A stretch of DNA of 64,000 nucleotides from Candidatus Micrarchaeia archaeon (GTDB lineage Archaea; Micrarchaeota; Micrarchaeia; Burarchaeales; Fermentimicrarchaeaceae), in NCBI GenBank assembly GCA_038871515.1, contig JAVZHX010000002.1:68641-132640 (forward strand), read 5' to 3'. The notes under the pieces are model-generated. The model did no database searches, was not told the DNA's origin, and was given only the letters and a program-made list of their open reading frames with translations. Each line of letters opens with the position of its first letter. Within the stretch, counting starts at the first letter, position 1. This document shows positions 9,527 to 19,504 of this stretch, one piece after another. A program made the position numbers and the translations under genes.

Positions 9527-10292
9527 TTGAAACCTCCTCAAAACTCTCTTTCATTTTTGGGAAGATGGATGTGAAGAAGTATGCTAGGGAGAGAATGAAG
9601 AACACAAAGGAGAGAATGAACCTCGCGGGTTGGAAGTAGACGATTGAGAGTAGGAAAGCGGGGGCAGAGCCGTAAAGCATCACAAGCATAAAATCGTTTG
9701 TTTCATTTCCGTTTAGAATAATGTTTGTTTCAAGAGCAGATGAGAAAGCGCCTATGAGGGTGAGCACATAGCCAAGAGAGATGAAGAAGTTGGAAATTTC
9801 AGCGGAATGTTCAAGCACTCCGAACTGGGTGAAGATAAGGCGAAAGTCGTGCGACTCAGGGTTCTTTTCAATAGATATGATTTCTCCTGTGGGTGTTATA
9901 CCTGTCCCGGAAGGTGCGGCTGCTGTTGACATGTATCCCCCCAGGTAATAGAGAGAGCTTCCGAAAAATGCGAGGAAGATAAACGCAAGAGCATATTTTT
10001 TTCTTACCAACGTGAAGTAAACGATTGGTATTGCTGGAATAAAAAGTTGCATAAGGGGTCCACCACAGCAGATGAGGAATAACGCGGATTTTTCTGAAAG
10101 TTGGAGAGGGGAAACAAGAAGCCAGAGTATTATATGCCCAAGCTCGTGGAAGGTTACTATAAGAAGGGTGAGGGGGTAGTAGAAGGTTTTTGTTATTTCG
10201 TTTGGTATGAGAAGGACTGCTGCTGATGGAAGAGCCATGAAAAGGAATAGAAAACCGGCCGAAGCTTTATACCATCCCTTTATATCGCTCAT
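9513..10292 (-). CDS. Membrane protein with HExxH motif (M50-like peptidase)
   Basis: FHELGH within a TM segment, GGxxxQ, downstream HDF, multiple TM helices. Confidence 0.65.
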   Translation of the reverse strand: MSDIKGWYKASAGFLFLFMALPSAAVLLIPNEITKTFYYPLTLLIVTFHELGHIILWLLVSPLQLSEKSALFLICCGGPLMQLFIPAIPIVYFTLVRKKYALAFIFLAFFGSSLYYLGGYMSTAAAPSGTGITPTGEIISIEKNPESHDFRLIFTQFGVLEHSAEISNFFISLGYVLTLIGAFSSALETNIILNGNETNDFMLVMLYGSAPAFLLSIVYFQPARFILSFVFFILSLAYFFTSIFPKMKESFEEVSNEEE

Positions 10293-10331
10293 CTAGCGTT
10301 TGTATGTATTTGAAATTTAAAATGATGTGTT

Positions 10332-10955
10332 TTAAGGAGAGTAAAAATCATCAATTGTTCTGCATATTCTCTCAGAATCGGCTCCATCCCTCACCACGCA
10401 CGGAGTTTCCTTCGTGAAGTCAACCACCGTTGGGTCTGCTGCATGAAGGCAGCGCCCTCCATCAACAACAACGCTCACAATCTCGGCAAGTTGGGGAGGC
10501 ACCTCGCTGATGCTTTTAGGTGAAATTTCACCTGAAAAATTGGCGGTTGAGGATGCGATTGGAAAGTTGAGCTTCCTCACAAGCGAGAGCACAAACTGGT
10601 GGTATGGGATGCACACCTCAACTGTTTCCCCAGCTATCTCATCCGAAATCCCACTTATTCTGTTGAATATCCCAGTAACTGGACCAGGGAAGAGCTGCTG
10701 AAGGAGAGCAAACGGTATATTATCCGTTCTGCAGTATTTTCTCAGCATCTGAAAGTCAGAAACAACAATTGAGATTGACTCATCTCCTCTTGTGATTTTT
10801 ATCCTTCTCACTGAATTCTCATCAGTTGCGTTTGCTCCAATTCTGTATGTTGTGTCTGTTGGGTAGATTATCATCTCGCCTGCGAGTATTGCTTTGAATG
10901 ATTCATCAAATGCTTTTCCATAGTTTCCCCATGTATCAAGGTTTATGAGATTCAT
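10332..10955 (-). CDS. Sua5/YrdC-family protein with degenerate catalytic motifs
   Basis: YPTDT, PGPVT, ANFSG, VVDGG, TVVD; several conserved positions substituted (see findings). Confidence 0.85.
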   Translation of the reverse strand: MNLINLDTWGNYGKAFDESFKAILAGEMIIYPTDTTYRIGANATDENSVRRIKITRGDESISIVVSDFQMLRKYCRTDNIPFALLQQLFPGPVTGIFNRISGISDEIAGETVEVCIPYHQFVLSLVRKLNFPIASSTANFSGEISPKSISEVPPQLAEIVSVVVDGGRCLHAADPTVVDFTKETPCVVRDGADSERICRTIDDFYSP

Positions 10956-11949
10956 CTAACTCACGTATCATATCAAGTGCTTTCTCCATATTCTTAACCG
11001 CACTTATTTTTTTATCCATATATGCAATGCTGATATCCAAATCTTTTTTCATCTGATCCTTCATTACCCCTTCTGCAAGCGAGCTGACATACTTTCTTTT
11101 AGATTCAATACTTGCTTCTTCCTCCTCAATTTCCTTTTTGTATTTTATTATTTTTCTCATAATGTTCAGCTCGCAAACATCAACTCCAATTTTCTTTGCA
11201 TTTTCCTCAAGTTCACTTCTTGAAAGAGAGCCCTCCTCAACTTTTAGGAGGAAAGTTATCAGCTCCCGCCTCATCACCCTCTCTTTTTCCAAAAAAGAGG
11301 AGGACAAATCTTTCTCAACTTTGAACCCAAAATCGTCGCATGCTTTTACAAAGTTTTCCGTGCTTGATACTTCAAGAACTTTGCGGACTGCGTCATTTGG
11401 AGGCAAGCCCTCTTTCTCAAGTTTCGTGAGAAGCGCTGCGCAGCGCATCTGCTCCTCACAGTCATTTGAGAATGCTTTCAGAGTGTCATTATCCATCCTA
11501 ACAAAAGCACGTTGAGGAGGAAGAAGAGTTACATTTGTGTTATTCAGAGCTGAGAAGATGATTTTGACTTCTTGGAATTTTGAATCCGGCAGTTTTTTCA
11601 GTTTTGAGTTATCCCTTACCGCTTCTAGTAGAACGGATTCAACAAAGTACGGTTCTCCGTACTGCTTGCACACGTCCCTTGCGAAGTTCCATAAGAAGGC
11701 GAACTCTGCTTTCTTTCCACAGGCATACGCCACGCATTCCGAGCCTTTTATCAGAGTTGCATTTCCATACCCCACGGCTCGGATGCTTCCTCCAGCAGGC
11801 ATATTGAGAGTTAGGGAGTGAAATTTATCTTTTTTTAAACTCAGAAACCCTTCAAGGTAATCCACAATATCCTTGTTTCTTTTGAACGTCTTCTCCTCCC
11901 TTATAATTTCCAACTCTGAGGGTGCGTCTCTGAGAAGCTCTTTCTGCAT
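10936..11949 (-). CDS. Hypothetical protein with C-terminal coiled coil
   Basis: 337-aa ORF with own TATA-like promoter; no recognised motif. Confidence 0.7.
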   Translation of the reverse strand: MQKELLRDAPSELEIIREEKTFKRNKDIVDYLEGFLSLKKDKFHSLTLNMPAGGSIRAVGYGNATLIKGSECVAYACGKKAEFAFLWNFARDVCKQYGEPYFVESVLLEAVRDNSKLKKLPDSKFQEVKIIFSALNNTNVTLLPPQRAFVRMDNDTLKAFSNDCEEQMRCAALLTKLEKEGLPPNDAVRKVLEVSSTENFVKACDDFGFKVEKDLSSSFLEKERVMRRELITFLLKVEEGSLSRSELEENAKKIGVDVCELNIMRKIIKYKKEIEEEEASIESKRKYVSSLAEGVMKDQMKKDLDISIAYMDKKISAVKNMEKALDMIRELDESHKP

Positions 11950-12050
11950 GTTTTTTTTATGAATTTTTTTCTATAAAAGCTTATTTTAACGTCATTCAAC
12001 GAACCCATATTCGATAAACTTAAAAAGCTTGTTTTTCACAAGAAGTAAGC

Positions 12051-12731
12051 ATGGAGAAATTCGCGGTGAGAATAGCTGGGGAGATAGCCCTTTCGGATAC
12101 ACCAGGAAAAACGATGAAGAAATGGAGGGAGATATTTGAGATAACTCAGGCAGAGTTAGGCGAGTATCTTAAGATATCGCCTTCTACAATCAGCGATTAC
12201 GAGGCTGACAGAAGGGAGTCGCCAGGTATTAAGGTGATAAGGAGGTTTGTTGATGCGCTTATTGAGATAGATGCTGCTAGAGGGGGACAGATCTCGCAGA
12301 GGTTCAGGGAGGAGAAGGGAAGTGGAATTTTCTTTGAAACGCACGAGTTCGCAACAAGTATAACAGGTGAGAGCTTTGCGAAGATGATAGAGGGGAAGGT
12401 TGTTGTGAATGAGGAGGTGATGCCAGAAAAAAAGTTATATGGGTTCACCCTTCTTGACAGCATAAGAGTGATAATTGAGATGCCGTATAGCGAGTTTCCT
12501 AAGCTTTTTGGGGCAAGCCCGGAAAGAGCTTTTATTTTCACAAAAGTTACAACGGGTAGATCACCAATGGTGGTTGTAAGGGTAAGCCAGATGAAGCCGA
12601 GCGTTGTGGTGCTGCACAGAATAAACACTGTTGACAAGCTTGCTGTCAAAATAGCGCAGAAGGAGAGGATACCGATAGTTACAACAAAGTTGAGTATAAA
12701 TGAGCTGCTTGAGAGGTTGAAAAAGCTGTGA
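12051..12731 (+). CDS. Cro/CI-type HTH regulator with DRTGG/HPrK-N-like C-terminal domain (COG1709-like)
   Basis: [19 protein letters not shown]...[21 protein letters not shown]. Confidence 0.85.
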   Translation: MEKFAVRIAGEIALSDTPGKTMKKWREIFEITQAELGEYLKISPSTISDYEADRRESPGIKVIRRFVDALIEIDAARGGQISQRFREEKGSGIFFETHEFATSITGESFAKMIEGKVVVNEEVMPEKKLYGFTLLDSIRVIIEMPYSEFPKLFGASPERAFIFTKVTTGRSPMVVVRVSQMKPSVVVLHRINTVDKLAVKIAQKERIPIVTTKLSINELLERLKKL

Positions 12732-12735
12732 TTCT

Positions 12736-13776
12736 ATGATTGGAATTGTTGGTTATGGGGTGCATATACCCCGTTATAGGATAAAGGTTGAGGAGATAAG
12801 CAGGGTTTGGGGAGGAGATGGAGAGGAGGTGAAGGATGGGCTTGGGATAATGGAGAAAAGCGTTCCTGGGATGGATGAGGATGCTGCGACGATGGCTGTG
12901 GAGGCGAGCAGGAATGCGGTGAAGTATGCTGAGATAAACCCAAAGCTAATTGATGCGGTTTTTGTTGGCTCTGAATCTCACCCGTATGCAGTGAAGCCAA
13001 CTGCAACGATTGTCGCAGAGGCAGTTGGCGCAACCCCTGATTTGACTGCTGCGGATATGCAGTTTGCCTGCAAAGCTGGGACAACTGCAATTCAGTGCTG
13101 CATGGGAATGTGCAGCTCCGGAATGATAAGGTATGGGTTGGGTGTTGGAACAGATGTTTCGCAGGGAAGGCCTGGGGATGATTTGGAATACAGCGCTGGG
13201 GCAGGCGCTGCTGCGTTCATAATTGGAAGGGAGGGGGTTATTGCTGAGATAGAGGGAACGTATTCCTACACAACAGACACGCCTGATTTTTGGAGAAGGC
13301 CTGGGATGGATTTCCCAAGCCACGGAGGAAGGTTCACTGGTGCGCCTGCGTATTTCAAGCACACAGTAAATGCGTCAAAAGGTTTGATGGAGAAGCTTGG
13401 GTTAAAACCAAGCGATTTTGATTATGCAGTTTTTCACCAGCCAAACGGCAAGTTTCCAGTTCAGGCTGCGAAGATGCTTGGGATTGATATTGAGAAGGTA
13501 AAGCAGGGTTTGCTGACACCTTTGATAGGAAACACGTATTCAGCTGCTTCCCTCATTGGGCTTGCCGCTGTGCTTGATGTTGCAAAGCCTGGAAAGAGGA
13601 TACTGCTCACTTCATTTGGAAGTGGCGCTGGAAGCGATTCTTTCAGCATAGTTGTCACAGACAGAATTCTTGAGAGGAGGGGGAGAGGAAGAACGGTTAT
13701 TCAGTATGTTGGGGATAAGGAGTATGTTGATTATGGAGTGTATGCAAAGCATAAAAGGAAGCTGAAAACTCTTTAG
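12736..13776 (+). CDS. Archaeal HMG-CoA synthase
   Basis: [18 protein letters not shown] (catalytic Cys), [19 protein letters not shown]. Confidence 0.95.
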   Translation: MIGIVGYGVHIPRYRIKVEEISRVWGGDGEEVKDGLGIMEKSVPGMDEDAATMAVEASRNAVKYAEINPKLIDAVFVGSESHPYAVKPTATIVAEAVGATPDLTAADMQFACKAGTTAIQCCMGMCSSGMIRYGLGVGTDVSQGRPGDDLEYSAGAGAAAFIIGREGVIAEIEGTYSYTTDTPDFWRRPGMDFPSHGGRFTGAPAYFKHTVNASKGLMEKLGLKPSDFDYAVFHQPNGKFPVQAAKMLGIDIEKVKQGLLTPLIGNTYSAASLIGLAAVLDVAKPGKRILLTSFGSGAGSDSFSIVVTDRILERRGRGRTVIQYVGDKEYVDYGVYAKHKRKLKTL

Positions 13777-13784
13777 GTGAATTC

Positions 13785-14948
13785 ATGAGGAGAGTTGCAA
13801 TAGTTGGAGCTGCGATGACAAAGTTTGGGGAGGAGTGGGAGAGAGGTTTTCGTGAGATGATAGCAGAGGCGGGAGTGAAGGCAATTGAGGATGCAAACAT
13901 GTCTGGAAAGGAAATAGACGCAATCTATGGGGGAACGATGGCTGCTGGTAGGTTGATTGGACAGGAGCATATAACTGCATTGATTGCTGATTACATGGGG
14001 CTGAACCCAATACCTGCAACAAGGGTTGAAGCAGCTTGTGCTTCTGGCGGAGTTGCTCTCAGAACAGGTTACCTTGCCGTTGCAAGCGGTTTGCATGATG
14101 TGGTGGTTGTTGGTGGAGTGGAGAAGATGACTGATGTGCCTGTTGGGGATGCGGCAGTTGCGCTTGGCGGGGCAGGGGACCAGGAGTGGGAGCTGTTTAT
14201 GGGAGCTACTTTTCCTGCTTTATACGCGTTGATGGCAAGAAGGCATATGCATGAGTTTGGCACAACAGAGGAGCAGATGGCGATGGTTGCTGTGAAAAAT
14301 CATTACAATGCTTCAAAAAATCCTTATGCTCACTTCCAAAAAAGAATAACTTTAAGAGACGTTATGAAGTCAAGGAAGGTTGCATCTCCTTTGAAGCTTT
14401 TTGACTGCAGCCCAATCACTGACGGAGCTGCAGCTGTTATACTGGCACCTCTTGAGAGAGCTGGCAAGTATACGGATACTCCTGTTGAAATTATTGCGAG
14501 CGCTCAGGCAAGCGATACTTTGGCATTGCACCACAGAAAGTCATTGACAACGTTGAACGCAACTGTGGAAGCGGCAAGGAAAGCGTATGCGATGGCCAAG
14601 TTGAAGCCGAATGATATTGATGTTTGCGAGGTTCATGACTGCTTTACAATTGCCGAAATAATTGCGTATGAGGATTTGGGTTTCTTCAAGAAAGGGAAAG
14701 GAGGAAAGGCAGTTGAGGATGGGGAGACTGCGCTTGATGGGAGAATACCGGTGAACACAAGCGGTGGTTTGAAGGGATGCGGTCACCCTGTTGGCGCAAC
14801 TGGGGTTAAGCAGGCTGTTGAGATAACTTGGCAGCTGAGAGGGGAAGCTAAGGAAAGGCAGGTTAAAGGTGCGGAAGTTGGGTTGACGCATAACGTTGGT
14901 GGAAGTGGAGCAACGTGTGTGATTCATATAATGAGGAGGGTGGACTGA
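13785..14948 (+). CDS. Acetyl-CoA acetyltransferase (thiolase)
   Basis: [36 protein letters not shown]. Confidence 0.95.
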   Translation: MRRVAIVGAAMTKFGEEWERGFREMIAEAGVKAIEDANMSGKEIDAIYGGTMAAGRLIGQEHITALIADYMGLNPIPATRVEAACASGGVALRTGYLAVASGLHDVVVVGGVEKMTDVPVGDAAVALGGAGDQEWELFMGATFPALYALMARRHMHEFGTTEEQMAMVAVKNHYNASKNPYAHFQKRITLRDVMKSRKVASPLKLFDCSPITDGAAAVILAPLERAGKYTDTPVEIIASAQASDTLALHHRKSLTTLNATVEAARKAYAMAKLKPNDIDVCEVHDCFTIAEIIAYEDLGFFKKGKGGKAVEDGETALDGRIPVNTSGGLKGCGHPVGATGVKQAVEITWQLRGEAKERQVKGAEVGLTHNVGGSGATCVIHIMRRVD

Positions 14949-14960
14949 GCAGGTGATAAA

Positions 14961-15371
14961 ATGTCTTCGCAGACTGTTGGTTTACCGCTTGCGTGGAGGA
15001 GAATTCCAGAGAGATATGGGTTGATTGGAAGCGAGTGCCAGAACTGCAAAGCAAGGTTTTTCCCAGTCAGGAAGATATGCCCAAGCTGCAGAAGAAAAGG
15101 GAAGGTGAAGGAGGTTAGGTTTTCTGGGAGAGGAAAGATATATTCGTATACTGTTGTTCACTCTCCTCCAACTGGTTTTGAGCTTGATGCTCCTTACATA
15201 ATTGCAATTGTTGAGCTTGAGGAAGGGCCGAAGCTGACAACACAGATTGTTGACTGCAATGTTGAGGATGTGAAAATAGGTGCTCCTGTGAAGATGGTTT
15301 TCAGAAGAATTCAGGAGGAGGGAAAGGAGGGGTTGCTCCACTATGGGTTTAAATTCACCGTAGTTAAGTAA
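14961..15371 (+). CDS. DUF35 zinc-ribbon/OB-fold scaffold of the thiolase-HMGCS complex
   Basis: CxxC...CxxC, GKIYSYTVVH, PYIIAIVELEEG, YGFKF; operonic with thiolase. Confidence 0.93.
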   Translation: MSSQTVGLPLAWRRIPERYGLIGSECQNCKARFFPVRKICPSCRRKGKVKEVRFSGRGKIYSYTVVHSPPTGFELDAPYIIAIVELEEGPKLTTQIVDCNVEDVKIGAPVKMVFRRIQEEGKEGLLHYGFKFTVVK

Positions 15372-15993
15372 TCACGCAGTAGGTTCTTCTGTAAACTCTT
15401 CTTCCATCCTTCACTCCAAAAAGTTTGTCCGAAATTTTTGGTTTCAGGTTAAGGGAAGCAAGCGCTTCTGCAGCTGCTTTTTTTGAGCCAACATAAAAAT
15501 CAATTCCCTCTTTTGATTCAACGCACCTGCTCACAAAGGTTCTTTTCTCAATCTCACGTATAACTTTGTTTGATAAGTTTCTTGCACGTTCACCCCTTAT
15601 CTGAATGATTGCCTCGTAATAACCGCTTTTCTTTCTGTAGCATTCATCGCAGACAGAGTTTATCTTTTGAATTGAGAATTGCTTTTTAATCTGGAAGTAG
15701 TTTGAATTCCTTTTTATGTTGAATGTTACCTCATAAACTCCTTCCCTCAGCTGCTGAATGTGGAAGCTGTCACAAAATTTCCCAGCGTTTCTTTTCACAA
15801 TTTCGGTGAGAGTTTCCCTGCTCAACTCCGCCCATTTTTTAACTTTCACTTTTCCGCAGAACTTGCAGAAAGGAAGCTCAACCTTTGAGGGAAGAGGTAT
15901 GTTAATTGCTTTGAAGCAGCAATCCTCACAGAACTCGCCGATGAATTTCTTTTTGCTGCTTAATGCACCGCACTTCGGGCAGATTTTCTCCAT
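15364..15993 (-). CDS. NMD3-family ribosome maturation protein
   Basis: CPKCG, CxxC pairs, GYYEAIIQIRG, GIDFYVGS, YRRT. Confidence 0.88.
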   Translation of the reverse strand: MEKICPKCGALSSKKKFIGEFCEDCCFKAINIPLPSKVELPFCKFCGKVKVKKWAELSRETLTEIVKRNAGKFCDSFHIQQLREGVYEVTFNIKRNSNYFQIKKQFSIQKINSVCDECYRKKSGYYEAIIQIRGERARNLSNKVIREIEKRTFVSRCVESKEGIDFYVGSKKAAAEALASLNLKPKISDKLFGVKDGRRVYRRTYCVIT

Positions 15994-16047
15994 GTGAAAA
16001 ATTGAAAGGCAGAAGGCTTATATTTTTTTGTGAATAAAAAAAGAGTT

Positions 16048-16272
16048 ATGTATGATGAAGAGATAGCCTCCATAAACTCTGAGATGAGGTTCATAACGCT
16101 GGAGCTGATGAAGCTAGCGCAGAAGAAGAAAAAGAGCTTCAGAGAAGTTGCAAGGGAGTTCATAAAAAACGTTTACTGCCTTGAGGGAATGATAAAGGAG
16201 AGTGGAGTGAGGAGCGCTATCAAGAGCCAATCCATCGCTCGCAGAAACGGCAGGGCGAGGACAGATAGGTGA
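16048..16272 (+). CDS. Small helical hypothetical protein
   Basis: ATG 16048 downstream of a TATA element; its stop overlaps the GGTGA SD of the next gene. Confidence 0.65.
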   Translation: MYDEEIASINSEMRFITLELMKLAQKKKKSFREVAREFIKNVYCLEGMIKESGVRSAIKSQSIARRNGRARTDR

Positions 16273-16276
16273 AGCG

Positions 16277-18058
16277 TTGCAGGATTCCACAGGAAAGGCG
16301 GTAGAGCTAACTCGTTTTCTCTCAGCAAGCCTACCATCTTCATTCAAAATATTCATCCTAATTGTTTTATTCTCTTTTGTTGCAGGTTGCGTTGCTCATC
16401 TTCTCAGCGGTGAGGAGCCAATCCTGTCAGTTGCCAGGGGAGGCGGGGAGGGAATATTCGTACTTGCCGTGCCTGCTGTTCTTTCCTCAGCAGCATGCGT
16501 GCTTATGAAAAGAAGAATAAGCTTCAGAAAGCTTCTTTTCCTTTCGCTTACTTCGTCAGTTATCTACTCATTTTTTTATATATTCGCAAGAGTTATTCGT
16601 TTGGAGTGGGTTAACAGCTTTGATGTGATACTTGTAGGAAATGCGTTTGTTTTTGCTCTGTGGTTTTCTGTTGCTTATATTGTTTTTAACATGAGGAAGA
16701 GCTCTCTTTTGTTTGGAATTGTGCAACCAACCATGAATATAGTTTTCTTCCTTGCGTACAGCCCGATTTCAACTCAGGCGACACCGGAGTTCGCGCTGCT
16801 GAAGCTGTATTTTGCATCCTCAATATTCCTTGTTGCAGTTTACGTTTTGTTCTGGCTTGTGAATGCACCAATGAAGAGAACTTTTGGAGTGTCAAGCATA
16901 GAGGCGGTAAGTCTATTTCTGGCACAGTGGTTTGAGAGGTCAAAAAAGCTGGAGGATATGTTTGAGGAGGTTGGGGTTGAGATAGATACTCTGCTTGGCG
17001 TTATGGCGTTCAGAGTTAAGGAGAAGATGAAGTGTATTTTTGTCATCCCATATGTTCATTACGGCCCTTTTGGCAACTTGGGAGGAAGCGAGTTTCCGTA
17101 TCTTGTTTCAAGTGCGTTAAGCGAAATGTTTGGCGGGGAGGTGATGGTTTTCCACGGAACCGCAACGCACGATTTCAACCCTGTCTCCTCTGAAGAGGCT
17201 GTGAAGTTTATAGAGAAAGGCAAGGAGGTTATCGGTGGTATGAAGTTTGGGAAGGCAACAGGGAGTATAACAACCGCTAAGAGCGGAACGTGCAGAGTGC
17301 ACAGCTTGGTTGTTAACCGAAAGGGATTCGTTGTTCTAACAAGGGCACCGAGAACGACTGAGGATGTGGATTTTTCGCTTGGGCTGGCTTTCAGAAATCA
17401 GGCAATAGCTGCTGGTTTGGAGGAGGCGATGGTTGCTGATGCTCATAATGCTGAAACTGGGGAGATAACGAGGGTGGAAGCAGGGGACCCGCTGAGCTTT
17501 GAATACATGGAGGCAATAAAGAAAGCTGTTGAGAGTGAGAAAAAACCAAAAGCTGTTAAGCTTGGGGTTGCGTCAGATTCATTGATAGACTTGGGGAAGG
17601 AAGCAGGTATAGGAAGAGGGGGGATGAAGGTTGCGCTTTTTGAGTTCAACGGGGAGAGATTTGCGTTTGTTCTTTTGGATGGAAATGGGATACTTCCAAG
17701 CACAAGAAAGGAAATGATAAATGCAGTTAAGGAGCTGGGGGTGAAGTGCGAGGTTATGACAACTGATTCTCACAGCACAAACGTTGTGGGTGGAGTGATA
17801 AACCCAATTGGAAGGAAGCATGGGGAGGAGGTTGTGAGGAGAGCATGCGAGTGCGTGCTGAGAGCAGCAAAAAATATTGAGCCAGTTGAAGCGGATATGA
17901 AGGTAGTTAAAGTGGAGGGAGTGAGGGTTTTTGGGGTGAGCCAATCCCAGCAGTTGATTGGGACTGTGAACTCAATAGTTGCTGTGATGAGGATAGTTGC
18001 ACCGCTTCTGTTACTTGGAGCAGCGCTTTTTGCTCTGTGGGCGATGACTAAAATTTAG
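16277..18058 (+). CDS. DUF2070 membrane protein (predicted ceramidase-fold lipid hydrolase)
   Basis: N-terminal TM bundle, HYGPFGNLGGS, HGxATHDFNP, DAHN, DGNG, TTDSH. Confidence 0.88.
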   Translation: MQDSTGKAVELTRFLSASLPSSFKIFILIVLFSFVAGCVAHLLSGEEPILSVARGGGEGIFVLAVPAVLSSAACVLMKRRISFRKLLFLSLTSSVIYSFFYIFARVIRLEWVNSFDVILVGNAFVFALWFSVAYIVFNMRKSSLLFGIVQPTMNIVFFLAYSPISTQATPEFALLKLYFASSIFLVAVYVLFWLVNAPMKRTFGVSSIEAVSLFLAQWFERSKKLEDMFEEVGVEIDTLLGVMAFRVKEKMKCIFVIPYVHYGPFGNLGGSEFPYLVSSALSEMFGGEVMVFHGTATHDFNPVSSEEAVKFIEKGKEVIGGMKFGKATGSITTAKSGTCRVHSLVVNRKGFVVLTRAPRTTEDVDFSLGLAFRNQAIAAGLEEAMVADAHNAETGEITRVEAGDPLSFEYMEAIKKAVESEKKPKAVKLGVASDSLIDLGKEAGIGRGGMKVALFEFNGERFAFVLLDGNGILPSTRKEMINAVKELGVKCEVMTTDSHSTNVVGGVINPIGRKHGEEVVRRACECVLRAAKNIEPVEADMKVVKVEGVRVFGVSQSQQLIGTVNSIVAVMRIVAPLLLLGAALFALWAMTKI

Positions 18059-19430
18059 TTTGAAGGAAAGAGGATTCAAGCTGAATTGCAAGTTTCTTTA
18101 TTTCTGTTTCATCAAGCCTTCCCAATGCAAGAATTGTTTTCTTATCTCCGTCTGTCAGGTATTTTTCTGGGTATCCTTTTATTCCGTATATTTCTGCTGC
18201 TTGCTTTGCCATCTCCAAAACAATTTCGTAACCTGCTTTCTTGTGGCATTCAATGTAATGCTGGGATTCCTGGATGGATGGGTGGACAACCTTTGGGGTT
18301 TTCTCCTCCATTGAGTTTGCAAACCCCATCAGGTTAATTGATAAAGCTAGAAATGGAATTCCATCCTGCTTGAGCTTGCTCCCCTGCATCATTTCCAGGT
18401 AGGCAAGCTTCTCATCATCAGAGGCAGACAGCTTTATCTTCCATGCGTTGTTTTTTGAGTGCCTCTCCTCATGCACTTTGTGCATTTGGGTGAACGCATC
18501 CCTAAATAAGTTTATTGATTCCTGTGAAGCGAAGTTGTATTTCTGCGATGCTTGGAATAACATTCTCAATGTAAGCAACTTCACCTCAAGCATTCTGTCA
18601 TCATGTCCTGTTGTTTCCCTTATTTTATTTGCAAACTTAATTACCTTTGCTTCGTCATACTCCTTGTTGCTTGCAAATAGATTTTTCAAACCATCTTTCA
18701 GAAGCTGGCTGTCAAGCTTGGTGTATATCTGCTTTGGAAGCACATCGTAACCATCTGTGAAGAAGTGCCCTGTGAAAAGCTTTTCGCGGTTTATCGCTCC
18801 ACCTTCACTCACTTCCTTTACATGATTCATCCTTCCTTTAACTTCATCAATTTCATTCTGGTGAATTAGTATGTAAAGTTCGTGCTCATCCTTTCTCAGA
18901 AGGTGAGGTATTATCGCAAAGTAAGAGGAGGGGGAGTTTGTTCCGTATATGTTGAAAACTCTTTTTGTAACTTTAACACCAGCTTCATTCGCAACTTCCC
19001 TTAACTTCTCATTCTCCTCACCATGCGCGTATGCAAATTTCACATAACCATCTTTTGATTCAATTGGAAATGCTTCAAAGAAGTAGCCCCTTCTTCTCAG
19101 GAAAAGTTGAATTGATTCAAGGTTGCCGGAGACAAAGCTTTTCAGGAGTGGGTTGCTCTCCTTCAGGTGCTCGGAGAGAAGCTCAATGTCTCTCTGAAAC
19201 TCAGGAGTGCCGACTTTTTTTGCAGATAATTTCAATTCGCTTGCAATTTTCTGAAGCTCCTTCTTTCTCCGTTCATTTGATATAAGGAGGTTGTTGTTCA
19301 AATCGGTTATTTTTACAAGGGAGTGGGTGATTTCGGCAAGCGTTTGTTTTTCATCAATTTTTTTTACTGCTTTGGAGAATGGTTCCAAAACTACTGGAAT
19401 TCCTTCTTCCTCCTTCAGTTTAACTGACAT
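18048..19430 (-). CDS. Hypothetical protein with HExxH...E motif
   Basis: 460-aa ORF; HEERH followed by DEKLAYL; own TATA-like promoter. Confidence 0.7.
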   Translation of the reverse strand: MSVKLKEEEGIPVVLEPFSKAVKKIDEKQTLAEITHSLVKITDLNNNLLISNERRKKELQKIASELKLSAKKVGTPEFQRDIELLSEHLKESNPLLKSFVSGNLESIQLFLRRRGYFFEAFPIESKDGYVKFAYAHGEENEKLREVANEAGVKVTKRVFNIYGTNSPSSYFAIIPHLLRKDEHELYILIHQNEIDEVKGRMNHVKEVSEGGAINREKLFTGHFFTDGYDVLPKQIYTKLDSQLLKDGLKNLFASNKEYDEAKVIKFANKIRETTGHDDRMLEVKLLTLRMLFQASQKYNFASQESINLFRDAFTQMHKVHEERHSKNNAWKIKLSASDDEKLAYLEMMQGSKLKQDGIPFLALSINLMGFANSMEEKTPKVVHPSIQESQHYIECHKKAGYEIVLEMAKQAAEIYGIKGYPEKYLTDGDKKTILALGRLDETEIKKLAIQLESSFLQTKF

Positions 19431-19504
19431 AATTTATTTTTGTGTTTTGGAGTTTAAATTCCTTAGTGAAGTTATAAATACCCAAAAAAACATATTGCAG
19501 AAAC

